64,000 bases of DNA from contig CAJINV010000006.1 in assembly GCA_905178155.1 (NCBI GenBank), positions 1,365,876 through 1,429,875 on the forward strand, written 5' to 3'. Each line of letters opens with the position of its first letter. Position 1 is the first letter of the stretch. Under the pieces are notes generated by a model. It had not been told where the DNA came from. It searched no databases and was given only the letters and a program-made list of their open reading frames with translations. Of this stretch, positions 26,101 through 37,478 are shown one piece after another. This DNA is from Amoebophrya sp. A120. Lineage: Eukaryota; Protista; Dinoflagellata. Made by a program: the position numbers and the translations under genes.

Positions 26101-29100
26101 AAAGAAGACTGCACCACTACCCTCGGTTGTAGCACCAGGTGCAGCTGATGGTCCCACCGGCGCGAACACAACTCCTCTCACGGAAGACCCGTTTAACGGA
26201 TTGATCGGAACGATCTCCCGGAAAACCGGAGAGGTTATTGGGGGGCAGAACAATGCTTTTCCGAATTTGGAAGAACTCTGGAACAACCGCTACCCCACTC
26301 CGGTTTTCGGTTCCCGAAGAGCGCAGCTGGAAAAGGCCGGGTTGCAGGTGACGGAACTGAATTTCCAAATTTTGGACGCGATCCACAAATACGGGGAATT
26401 TGTGGAAACCCGAAACAACGTCATCCCGGATCAGCGATTGTTGCAGGTGCTGGATTTTTATGCAGTGCAAAAGTATCCGATACTTGTATAAAGTGCATTA
26501 CAAATTTCCTCAGCATGAGAAATAAAATTTGTAATGCTGGTTTACCTTGAGAAGAAGATCTGTAATGCATGATTCCACAATACGAGTACGATACTTTTGC
26601 ACAGGATAATTTTTGGTACGGCAGCCATAAAACGGAACTGAACAAGTTGCACCCGTATCAACGAGGCATGCGGTGTTTGAAATACTTGAAAAACCACACG
26701 GTGGTGGGGCCGTGGCTAACGAATATCCTGTGTAAAAACGTCCCCACCTCCCCATAGTCAAGATGGAAGACCTGCTAGGCAAATCGACACGCTTTGGCTG
26801 TTGCGCATGACAAATTTTGCCTCGTAGTGTACTCCTTTCAAGCTAGTTCAGCAGCATTACAGATCTAGCCTATTATGCCGAGTGGAGGATCACAAATTCC
26901 GACACACGACTAGAGAATGCGTCTCATGGGGCTCCGCAGGAGAAACATTCTCAGCATGCAGATTTGCATTCCAGTCATAAGGAGGGGACGTTTTCACTTT
27001 GGATAACGAAAGCGGAGGAACTGTGGAACGAGGCACAGAAATATACCATGTTTTCTGTGGCGAGAAAGTCTCCTGGGGGGATATGACAGTGCACAACTTC
27101 CCCTCCCCCTCATTTGTCATGCAAAATACCAAAGCTACCCTGTGCCTCTTGATGGCGCTGTTTGCATGACAAGCTCTGGCATCCCAAACAGCACTACCAT
27201 CCTGTGCAAATTTCTCATGCAAAACTTGCACTCTTGCTGATGCTTCTATTGCTGTTCATGCCATACAAATGAGGAGGAGGTGTAGTTGTGCACTCTCATA
27301 AGCGATTAAAAGCAACCTCAGCCAAGAAACTGTGAAAGCGGGAAAGAATGTAAGAAAGATTGCTCCGCCCGTCGAGGTGAAGTTGCTGGTTTCCGAGGGG
27401 AACGTGGTGGTGAAGAAAGACAAAAACGCCGCCAGTGTACAACTAGAGAAGGAAAAGAAGAACTTCTACTTCAATCCACCACCTAAAGTCGGGGCCGTGA
27501 CTACAGGAGGCGGAGCAGGTGCTGCCTCTTCGGCCGCGACATCATCCTCCGCGAAAGCAGTTGCTAGCGAAGAAACGCCGGCTGTGACCGATAAAACCAG
27601 ACACGCGGCAGGGCAGCCGTCCGCTGTAAAAGGAGAAGCAGATGAACCGCCGGCAGATAGTTGTACTACAGTATATCAACCCGGAAAAGCAAAAGAACAA
27701 CCTGGACCATCTCCAGATCCTTCGTCAAAACCGCCGAAAAACAAGCCTACCATTATCTCCGAAACCGCGCTGCTCGAAAGGCAAAAGGAGGAGCAATTTT
27801 TCATGAAGCACCCGAGCCAGAATAACCTCGCACAGGAGCGGCAAACCTTCGCGCCTGAGAGGAAGAACATCGCGCGGCCGCACTTTCCCGGGGTAGACCA
27901 GTTTGTGTTTTTTCCGCCGGTCGTGGAAATGAAGGCGATCAACGTGCTGAAACACAAAGATTTTTTAGGCGGATGCCCGAAGGTCACACTCCCGCCATAC
28001 GAGGAAATTTGTGACCGACTGTTGCCCCGCATGCACGGATTTGGAAATCTCATCATATGCAATGCAAAAGCATCGTACTAGTATAAACCAGCCATGCTCC
28101 GGCTGCCGCCGGAGCGCAGGGCTGTTGGGCCGGGGCAAGACTGTTTGCCGATCGGACCACAACGCCACGGGCCTAATATGCACAACGAAACATACTGGAG
28201 TCCCGCTCCTTCCGCCTGTTTGCGCCGCGCCAACCCGCAGGACCACTTGCGCGCTTCCCGCGCCTGTGGGCGCTCTGCGCAGGGAGCAGCTGCAAAGAAC
28301 ACCGGGGGCGAACAGAAGCCGCCAGGCGCGAGAGGGTAGCGCGAGAGGGTGGCGCGGGAGGGTGGTGCGGGAGGGTGGCGCGAGAGGGTTGCGCGAGAGG
28401 GTGCGCGAGAGGGTGGCGCGAGAGGGTGGCGCGGAAAGGCGCCGAACAAAACAAGTCCACGACTGGCCTGCAGTGCCAAATATGGGGACTACCATGCGGA
28501 TTCGCGCCCGCCACTTTGTGTTTTTACCCTCTCGCAGACCTCTCGCAGACCCTCTTTTTGACCTCTTTTGGGGGTCCCCGCTAATAATCCGGCTATACTC
28601 GCGGGTAGAGGTCGACAGAGGTGGCCGAGAGGTGGCCAAGAGGGTCCGCGAGAGGTCGCCCCTTATTCGCGCCACCTCTCTCCACCTCTGTCGACCTCTC
28701 GTGCCCCCTCTTTTTGACCTCTCTGCACCCTCTGAGGCACTTAGGCGCCGCCTTAAGGTGGGGCCTTCGGCGGGCTATACTCGCGCACCCTCTCGCCGAC
28801 CCTCTCGAAAGGGGTCCCGCGCCACCTCTCCACCTCTGTCGACCTCTTTTTTACCTCTTTTGACCTCTTTTTGACCTCTCGGCCACCTCTCGTTTACCCT
28901 CTGTCTACCTCTTTTTTCGCATGAATATAGTATATAGTAATTGCATCACAAATTAGCCCAGCATTACAAATTAAGTTTGTAATGCAGCTTTACCTGGACA
29001 AAAAGATTTTTGTAATGCATAAATGTAATTAAGTAGTACGAGTACGATACTTTTGCAGTTCATACATCATCGACATTGACGAAATTGTGGAAGCGATTGA

Positions 29101-32100
29101 CGCCGGGGTGATTAGCATTATGACAGGGCACAACTCCCCCTGCCCCTCATTTGTACTGGTGCATGAACAGCAATACAAATACCAGCACACGTGGAGCCTG
29201 TGCATGACAAGTTCATGCGCCTAGTGTAAGTAGTACTGTTCTTTAGACTTCCGATATCTCTCATGCATACAGTGCCACAGGGAAGCACGCGGATTTAGGC
29301 CTTTGCATTACAAATGAGGGGGAGGGGGGCGAGTTGTGCAGTCTCATAAGCATCCGCTTGAAGCCAGAGGCGGTGAAGGAGGCGGGCGGACTTGAGCCAT
29401 CGCGGAAGAAGCAGCTATCAAATGAAAAAATGTCTGGGTCTGGAATGTTGCCGGGTTTGTCATGCACATTTTGCATGACCCAGCATGTCTGTCATGCACG
29501 ACCTAGCATCACAGATTTTTAGAGGGGTTCCTGATCCCTACTCCGCATGACAAATGCCCTCCTCGCGTAGCACATATATCTAGACTCCTCTTGCTGGTCA
29601 TGCAATACAAATTTTTTTACAGTCCAAAAACAGCATGACAGACAAGTCGCAATCTTCCAGACCCAGACATTTTTGCATTTGATAGCAGCTAATCGAGTAC
29701 AAACGGGAACGCGGGTTTTTCGACACAAACGACAAGATGCCACAACACCCGACCAGGCGGTTTCCAGTCTGGGACGCCTTGCAGAACTTCTCGATCCCCG
29801 TTAATGAATGGGCCTACACCAGGCACATTCTTGTCACCCCCGCTTTGGAAAAGCTAGCCGAAGCGTGCTGCCATTTGCGGCCCTTCAACATCAGCAGAGC
29901 TAGAGAACGCGAGCGGCTTATTGCAGCAGCTGCGGGGCTGAAAGATAAAAAGTTCATTGCGGTTGCCACCGGACCACGACCCGGAGATGAAAAAAACGAC
30001 ACCGATATGGAAGCGTCAGGATTGAAATCGTGAAAGTTGGAATATTTTTTGTGATGCATAAAATGCTAGGCGCAAAGTGCCTGTCTTGCCGAGCAGGCAA
30101 CTGAGGCCGAGTAAAAATCTTGTTTGGGGTGATGTGAGATAGAGCTGCTAAAATAGCATGACAAAAGCAGTCTTCTCTATCTCTGCTCAAACAGCATGAC
30201 AAATTGGATATCCATGCTGCCAAAATTTGTGGTCATGCGCCACTCCCAAACTGGGCTCCAGCTGGTATCGCTTTTTTGCATTACAGATTATTTCAACTTT
30301 GACGATTTCGATCCTGGCACTCCCATAACCGACACGACAACGACGAACGTGGTGAGAGAAAACCTGCAGAACCTGCGCAACGACATCCTCCAACACGAAA
30401 ATAAGAACAGCAAGCATCCTGTTATCCTGTGCAAAAGCATCGTAGTCGTAGTAATTGCAAGCATGCATTACAAATCTGCATCCCAAGGTAAAACAGCATG
30501 ACAAACTCCAATTGTCATGCTGACCGAATTTGTGATGCGATTTCTACTAGTACGATGCTTTTGCAATGCATACCTGTACACGCTTTTCTGGAAAATAACG
30601 TTAAAAATAATAAGGCTGCAAATAACAAGATCGTGGAGCATCAGGAGAAGTCCAAGTCCTCGAAAGTTCCGAAGCCGAATTTAAGCTTTTTCGGCTACGG
30701 AAAGATACCGAATCATCCGAATCCCTACGAAATGCAAATATGTCTGGGTCTGGAAACCTGTCATGCTGAATTGCGCAACATGATTGCAACGCTTTCGATG
30801 GCAGCGAAGCATGACAAAAGCTCCCGAAGCCGCGCCCAATGATGCCTAACACGCATTACAAACTGCGTTTTATTTGCACGACAAGGGAAGCAGCCCATTT
30901 GCTGCTCATGCAGCACAGATTTTCCAGGCATGCATGTTGACACGCATTACAACCTTTCCGGACCGGGACCCAGTCATATTTGCATTTGATAATCCCGGCG
31001 GGGGCACGAGTTCCAACCGGATTCCGCTAGGCGGGGGCGGGATGATGCCGCCGCAAGACTTCTTTGTGCCAGATCATAGTGCTCCTGCAGTTTCACAGCC
31101 GACAACCGACTACGACCTGTTTTTGCGAAGCCTGAACGACCCTACGCGCACAACCTGGGACCACGAGACTTTTAGACCGCCAGCTCCAGATGTTGTACTA
31201 CCAGCGGTCGCACAACCAGCACCACGACCGCCGAAGGCCGGGGCGCCGAAAAGACCTCCGCATCCGAACGACCCCTGTCCGGATATTCCCGATGTAGACG
31301 AGTTGGTGGACTGGAAGGAATATCCTGTGCAAAAGCTTCGTACTCGTAATAATTCTTGCATTTATGCATTACAAATCTCTTTCTCAAGCTGAATCCGCTT
31401 GACAAATTCCATTTGTCATCATGCTGCGCTAATTTGTATTGCAATACTACTAACGAGTACGATGCTTTTGCAATTCATAAGGAAATGTCCAAACTGAGCA
31501 AAGCGGAGCGCAAAATCGCCCGGGCGGCAGCACAAGATGCCGCCGCTGGGTTTGTGCTGACGTCTGCGCAGCGCAAGGCGCTGACAAAGAAAAAAATAAA
31601 GGCGGAGAAAGCCGCGGCCGACGCGAAGAAAAAAGCGAAGGGAAATATGCATTGCAAAAGTATCGCACTCGTATGAATGCATTACAAATCTCCTCAGCAT
31701 GAGAAATAAAATTTGTAATGCGGATTTAGCTTAGGAACTAGATTTGTAATGCATGTGTGCAATACTACGACTATGATACTTTTGCAGTTCATAGGAAAAA
31801 CCGCCGCGCAAATCGAAGCCGACCGGGAACGGGGGAAGGCGGAGCGGCGCGCGAATGCGCAGGCGGCCGCGGATCTGGCGGCCGCGGATCTGACGCGCAG
31901 GGAGAGAAAGGAGAAAAGGTGGGAGGAAAACGAGAACAGGAGACGGGAAGTGCTGCTTTCCAGCGCACCCCCTGCCTTCGCGCCGGCGGGTTCTTCCGCG
32001 GCTCAGCAGGCCGCTCCCCCGGTCAAAGAGGGAAAAAACGCGAAGAAGCGGAGACTGCGAGCCGAGGCCGCCGCGGCCGTGCAGAAAAATCAGCAGCCGA

Positions 32101-32350
32101 TGAAAAAGATGAAAATGAAGTATGAATTGCAAAAGTACTATCGTACTCGTATTCCTGCAGTACAAATCTTGTTCCCAAGGTAAAGGTATTCAAGCAGCAT
32201 TACAAATTCCAATTGTCATGCTGAGGAAATTTGGCATACGACAGCTCCTACTAGTACGATAGTTTTGCACTGCATAGGAAGATGAAAAAAGCGAAAGTTC
32301 CGGCGCCGAAACCTGCACCGCCACCACCACCACCGGCGAACCCGTTTTGA
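17179..32350 (+). CDS. Giant low-complexity protein (~3249 aa) with RS-rich, acidic and K/R-rich regions and a domain paralogous to 9588-16177; 22 introners
   Basis: Removing 22 elements plus DR gives 9750 nt of open frame from ATG 17179 to TGA 32350; each junction checked. Confidence 0.8.
18417..18738. mobile_element. Introner F5
   Basis: TIR; DR AACAG/AACAG. Confidence 0.9.
20305..20463. mobile_element. Introner F2
   Basis: TIR; DR CCCAG/CCCAG. Confidence 0.9.
21042..21191. mobile_element. Introner F2
   Basis: TIR; DR GGTCG/GGTCG. Confidence 0.9.
22606..22870. mobile_element. Introner F1 (reverse orientation)
   Basis: TIR; DR GACAA/GACAA. Confidence 0.9.
22909..23054. mobile_element. 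Introner F2
   Basis: TIR; DR AAGAA/AAGAA. Confidence 0.9.
23134..23355. mobile_element. Introner F6
   Basis: TIR; DR ATTCT/ATTCT. Confidence 0.9.
23451..23605. mobile_element. Introner F2 (reverse orientation)
   Basis: TIR; DR ACGCT/ACGCT. Confidence 0.9.
24664..24932. mobile_element. Introner F1
   Basis: TIR; DR GACCA/AACCA. Confidence 0.88.
25655..25789. mobile_element. Introner F2 (reverse orientation)
   Basis: TIR; DR TGCGA/TGCGA. Confidence 0.9.
25831..25959. mobile_element. Introner F6 (internally deleted, 129 bp)
   Basis: TIR; DR CGATC/CGACC. Confidence 0.87.
26459..26608. mobile_element. Introner F2 (reverse orientation)
   Basis: TIR; DR ATTTT/ATTTT. Confidence 0.9.
26724..27005. 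mobile_element. Introner F3
   Basis: TIR; DR ACGAA/ACGAA. Confidence 0.9.
27082..27300. mobile_element. Introner F6
   Basis: TIR; DR GGGGA/AGCGA (2 mismatches); frame restored. Confidence 0.85.
28056..29064. mobile_element. Introner F2 carrying a nested ~840-bp insertion
   Basis: TIR; DR CATCA/CATCA; frame restored. Confidence 0.88.
28086..28927. repeat. Nested GC-rich insertion with GAGAGGGTGGCGC and CTTTTTGACCT tandem repeats
   Basis: Interrupts the F2 element; flanked by TAGTATA at 28079-28085 and 28928-28934 (possible 7-bp TSD). Confidence 0.7.
29119..29348. mobile_element. Introner F6
   Basis: TIR; DR AGCAT/AGCAT. Confidence 0.9.
29416..29684. mobile_element. Introner F1
   Basis: TIR; DR GCAGC/GCAGC. 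Confidence 0.9.
30006..30327. mobile_element. Introner family F7 (TIR TATGGRAGYGTCAGGATTGAAATCG)
   Basis: TIR; DR ACCGA/ACCGA. Confidence 0.9.
30423..30572. mobile_element. Introner F2
   Basis: TIR; DR CCTGT/CCTGT. Confidence 0.9.
30726..30991. mobile_element. Introner F1
   Basis: TIR; DR ATCCC/ATCCC. Confidence 0.9.
31321..31479. mobile_element. Introner F2
   Basis: TIR; DR AGGAA/AGGAA. Confidence 0.9.
31646..31793. mobile_element. Introner F2 (reverse orientation)
   Basis: TIR; DR GGAAA/GGAAA. Confidence 0.9.
32121..32276. mobile_element. Introner F2
   Basis: TIR; DR TGAAG/GGAAG. Confidence 0.87.
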
Positions 32351-33531
32351 TCATTACAGTGCTCGTATGTTGTAAGTACCGGACGAACAAGCACTAGCTC
32401 ATTTTCTAACAACATTTCGTACTCATTTGGATTTATTGTTCATCAGCGACAATTTTTACTGAGTTTGGCTTTGATATTTTACTTGAAGAAACTCGTCCCA
32501 GGAAGATGAGTCAAGCTTTTTGATGATGACAGAAAAAGAAAAGCAGCTTGTGATTCTTGAACCATGGCCCTGATAGAACCAACGTCTGAAGCAGTAGCAG
32601 CTGAAGCAGAAGCAGCGGTTTTCTGACAGAAAGAAATGCTTTTAAATGTGATACAAGATAAGACTCTATTCAGCGACAGTTTTCAAAAAGAAAATATAAG
32701 GCGGAAGTAGAAACAATCGCTGGCCCAGGCTGCGCCTTTCCAATCAAGGTCTTAGTCTTTCACTGACCGCTTGGATAGCAGTACTACCTGTTCTTACTAG
32801 AAGTATTAACTCGCAGCAACAGTTCTGCGCCGACTGTCTGTCGGTCTTTTCATGTCGTCGCTCATAAGATGATAAGTGCATTGTCGCTGCGCCTATTCTT
32901 GCAAAAGCTCTGCGCTTCTGCGTCTCTAACTGTATCGCTCTTTTCGGTTCATGCCAGGTTTATTTCGATGACGCATGGGTTTTCATTTTTCGAAAAAAGC
33001 TCGGTTGTTTCCTTTCGTAAGTAGTCGTGTCTGTGTGTACTTGGCCGCGTCAAGGTCATCAAGCGGCTTTTCGGTATTTCAGAGAAAATTGTTCACCGTG
33101 TGAATCAATTTCGGTCGTAGAAGTTCATCTGCATCGCTAGGACAAGCGAGTCTGGTTCTCGGTTTTTTTTACCACGACATTAATTTCGGAAACTGCCTGT
33201 AGAATCGGTTTCATTTTCAGTACTTTCTGACAACATCGATAAGCCAGCGCCATAGCGGCAGCGCGTTTTTGCATAGGTTGCATCTTAATCTTCTATTGCC
33301 TTCTATGAGCCAACAGTTCTCTCTACTCGTTGAGTTTTTGTTGTAAGTACCAAACTTTCGCGCAGGAATTAGGACAGTGTTTCATCTCACAACATCTTCG
33401 TCACATCCTCAGTTCTTTGTGCCAGTACTGCAGCAGGCCCAGTTGCACTGGCACTGCTCTTAATACATTTACATCCACCGCTCCACCCTCTAGTCAAACG
33501 ACCATTATCTAAAAGCCGTCGTGGCGCGACC

Positions 33532-36500
33532 ATGGGCAATCAGCAAGCCTGTTGTTCGGGGCGGCAGAAGGAGGATGGGACGACCGGGTATTACTCCACC
33601 GAAACCGACCTGCCGCCGTCCTACCGCCGGTCCTCCGCCGCGCAGATGGGCGCGAGCAACCAGTCCTACCAATTTAGCTCCATGGCCGGTACTATCCACT
33701 GCGTGCAAAAGTATCGTACTCGTATGAATTGCAGGCATGCATGACAAATCTGGTTTCCTACCCAAATCTGCATTACAGATTCCAATTTTCTTCCTGATAA
33801 AATTTGTCATGCGATTTATACTAGTACGATAGTACTTTTGCAATGCATAGGTACTGCTATGCCAAAAACTCCCGACCAGAAGCCCGCGAACGTGAAAAAA
33901 CTGCGGGATCTGTACACCCCGGACCCGCCGAAGCCGAAGGAGAAAAAGATCATTCCCGGCGTGCCCGCCGGGCCCACGAACAATGCGGAGAAGAAGCAAC
34001 AAGATCATGCGCAGAAAAACGCGGCGGCTGCCGGGCTGATGGCCATGCAGATGCAAAAGGGGGGAAAGGGAAACGGGATGGTAAAGAACATCCAAGTGGT
34101 CCAGCAGCCGCAATACGATGTATCCATAGTACTCATCATTTCCTGTAGTACAGCAAACAGAGACAGACAAATGCAGATCCTGCAAGACAAGAAATTTCTC
34201 CAACCTTACTCAACACGACAAGCTTTATGCGCTAGTACGTGGTAAAATAAATTTCGAAATTTGTCAACATGCTTTCTGCACATTGTGATCGTGCTACTGG
34301 AAAATAAATAGATTTGTGTTGCATATCACGATCACAACGTCTACGCGAGTCCGGACGACGAACCTGGGTCCCCGAACCCGCGACAGAACTACGCGCTATC
34401 CAAGAAAAAAACTTCGTTAGTGTGAGTTTGTGATGCGCAACTACGTGCAAGATGATTGCGTCTGTCATGCTGGGATGAATGCGTTGTAGGGCCCATTCAG
34501 CCGCGTTTTGCGATGCTATCTGCGCTGTTGACAGGTTTTGCTCTCATCATGCCACACAGATTTGTATATGCTGTTCCTCCAAAAAAGGCACACCTACAGT
34601 CTTTTTTTCGTGGATACGCGCGGCCGCGGGAACAGTTGCAGAAGTACGAAATGAACTACGACACCATGCTATCAAATGTGAAAATGTCTGGGTCTGGAAC
34701 ATTCTAAACTTGTGATGCTGTCTCTGGATTCTGAAAAAGTTTGTATCGCATGACCAGCAAGAGGACTCCAGTTTGTGCTACGCGGAGAGGTCATCTCTTA
34801 TGCTGTAGAGGCATCACAAAGCGCTCTAAAACTAAAAATATGTGATGCTACGGCATGCATCACAGACATCATGGGTCATGGAAAATATGCATGACAAATC
34901 TAGAAATCTTCCAGACCCAGACATTTTTACATTTGATACATGCAGAGCATGAAGATGGGCGCCGCGCAGTTGCGGGATTCCGGGAACAGGAAATCTGGAA
35001 CCAATGTTCCGGACGTGGGCAACCGCCTTCCCTTATGACAGTGCACAACTCCCCCTCCCCCTCATTTGTCATGCAAAGTACCCATTTCACTCTTTGCCTC
35101 TTGGCACTGTTTGCATGACAAGTTCAAGTTCTGGTAGCCTAAATAGCACTTTACTCGAGTGCAAATTTGTCATGCAAAACCGGCGCTGTTGCTGATGCTT
35201 GTATTGTCGTTCATGCTATACAAAATGAGGGGGAGGGGGAGTTGGGGACTGTTATATCTCTCCGGCTACGGCCAGACTCACACGGTGGCCGCGCAGCAAG
35301 CCCAGATGCACAGCGGAATCGCGAACGGAGGCGGGATATGAACTGCAAATATGTCTAGGTCAGGAAAGATCCAAGGTTTGTCATGCTTGTCGGACATGAC
35401 TCGCAAGTCTGTCATGCACATTACTCAAAAGCCCCACTCGTCTGTCATGCAGAAGCTCACTTTGTCGTGCAGAAAAGGCAAGACTGTAGCACCTCCAAAA
35501 CTTGTCATGCTTGCCAGTCAATTGAGGCGTCCACGTCTTTCGCAACCAGCATCACAAGTTTCCAGAGCCAGACATATTTGCATTTGATACGGGAACAAGA
35601 AATTTCAGCCGCAGGGCATGCCGGCGCCCGGAGGCATGGGAGCCATGGTGCAGGGAATGGGGGTATAGGATTTTGGAAAGGTTTTTCCAATTACATATGT
35701 GGAAAAAACGCAGTGTCAGTGTCAATGTATGTGGAGAGAAACTACTTTAATATTTTCAAATAGCAGATTATTGCCGACCAGCATCGTTTGTAAGTTTACG
35801 CGCCACGACAGTGTGAACACTGTAAAAGAATTTGCTCAACAGCGGCTCTCCACCATGACATCGAGCGTAAGTTTACGCACGATAGTGTCGTTGATGTGCA
35901 TAGAAAACGTAGCACGCCCGAATCTTCCTCACCATCCTGGATAACTTTACGCACGAGAGTATCAGGACACCAAAAGAAACCGGCTAAACTTACATCGCTT
36001 CATACCATGCAGTGTAACGCTACGCACCATGGTGTTGTCGAAGTGTAATCTTTGCGCAACAAACAGCATTCAGATGTACGAACCAATCATTTCGATTTTA
36101 ATCAGGGCGTTCTCGCGGCCCGTCGCCAGCAGGCCCAAGAAACGGAGCAGCATTTCTCGGGTATAACCCGCTCAGGTGTTACAATCTCAAACGTTACAAT
36201 AGAATCTGGAATTTGTGTTGCAAAATGCGCAACATCTGGCCTACTCCAAAAGGAGCGCGCATGACAAGTTTCGGAGCTCCAAACTCCATCAGACTCTGAC
36301 GAAATTTGTATTGCGAAAAGCCCAAGTCTCTTTATGGTACTCATGTTGTTCATGCAAGACAAATTCCAAAGTCTATTGTAACGTTTGAGATTGTAACATC
36401 TGAGCAAGCCATATCGGGCGCAGGTGAGCTGACCAGCTCCGCTAGGATGCGCAAGCAGAACGAGCAGCAATACGAGCAGCAGCAGCGATATGGAACTGTC

Positions 36501-37478
36501 AGGATCGAAATCGAGAAAGTAGTTGAGAAGATTTGTAATGCATAAAATTGATACCAGTTGGAAGCCCAATTTCCAAGCGGCGCATGACAAATTTTTGGAC
36601 CGCCGGCATCCTATTTGTCATGCTGTTTGGGCACAGAAGACTGCTTTTGTCATGCTCCTTTAGCAGCTCTATCCCAAACCCTAAATAGGCTCGCAATCTG
36701 CCTCACTTGCCATCCCGGCAAGACAGGCACTTCGTGCCTTGCATTTCATGCATGACAAATCATTTGCATTTCAACTTTGTCGATTTCAATCCTGACTCAT
36801 CCATAAGCGACAGCAGGAGACGGCGGCGGAACGGGTGAAACGCATGGCGGAGAAGCAGGCGAAGGGCTATGGGTATCAAATGCAAAACTGTCTGGGTCTG
36901 GAAGATTGCGCGACTTGTCATGCAGATTTTTGATGACCCATGAGGTCTGGAATGCAGGAACTAGCACGACAGATTCTGTGAGATCTCTATCATGCCTGTT
37001 CTGCATGAGAAATAACTCCCTCTCAACTTGGTGAAAAGTGGACAACTTTTGGTAAGCATGCAACGCAGATTTTCACAGGATGCAGACTTAGCATGACAAG
37101 TTGCAACCTTCCAGACCCAGACGTATTTGCCGTGCATTATGGGCACGCGGGGGCGATGGCCATGCCGGTCATGGGGATGGACATGGGATATGCATCGCAA
37201 ATATGTCTCGGTCTGGAAACTTGTGATGCTTTGTGGCGTATCATGAGGAGGCCACAAGTGCTGGCTCAGCATGACAAGTTTCTGAGCTTCTAGGTGTTGC
37301 CTATTCTGCATGACAAACTGCGTCTCTGCATGACAGAAAAATGGGGCTATTAGGTACGGCGCATGACAGATTTAAGAGTCATGCCAGACAAGCATGACAG
37401 ACATGCATTCTTCCAGACCCAGACATTTTTGCATTTGATATGGGAGCGGTGAAACTGAAAACCGTGCCGAGGAACTAG
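33532..37478 (+). CDS. Unknown ~344-aa protein with N-terminal MGNQQACC (possible myristoylation/palmitoylation); 11 introns
   Basis: Open frame after removing 9 clean introners and 2 degenerate or canonical-like introns; ends AVKLKTVPRN*. Confidence 0.7.
33693..33849. mobile_element. Introner F2
   Basis: TIR; DR GGTAC/GGTAC. Confidence 0.9.
34121..34328. other. Degenerate introner or GT-AG intron (alternative 34120-34311)
   Basis: Weak TIR, DR CGATG/CGATC; both readings keep the frame. Confidence 0.55.
34397..34616. mobile_element. Introner F4-like
   Basis: TIR; DR CGCGC/CGCGC. Confidence 0.85.
34670..34938. mobile_element. Introner F1
   Basis: TIR; DR CATGC/CATGC. Confidence 0.9.
35034..35256. 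mobile_element. Introner F6
   Basis: TIR; DR TCCCT/TCTCT. Confidence 0.88.
35337..35589. mobile_element. Introner F1
   Basis: TIR; DR CGGGA/CGGGA. Confidence 0.9.
35663..36105 (+). other. Probable canonical GT-AG intron with DR-like flanks GGGGG/GGGCG
   Basis: GTATAG...ATCAG, no TIR, removal keeps the frame (MG|GVLAARR). Confidence 0.65.
36162..36413. mobile_element. Introner family F8 (TIR with CTCAAACGTTACA)
   Basis: ~34-bp near-perfect TIR; DR TCGGG/TCGGG. Confidence 0.9.
36489..36805. mobile_element. Introner F7
   Basis: TIR; DR AGCGA/AGCGA. Confidence 0.9.
36874..37138. mobile_element. Introner F1
   Basis: TIR; DR ATGGG/ATGGG; right end CATT. Confidence 0.88.
37189..37440. mobile_element. 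Introner F1
   Basis: TIR; DR TGGGA/TGGGA. Confidence 0.9.
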
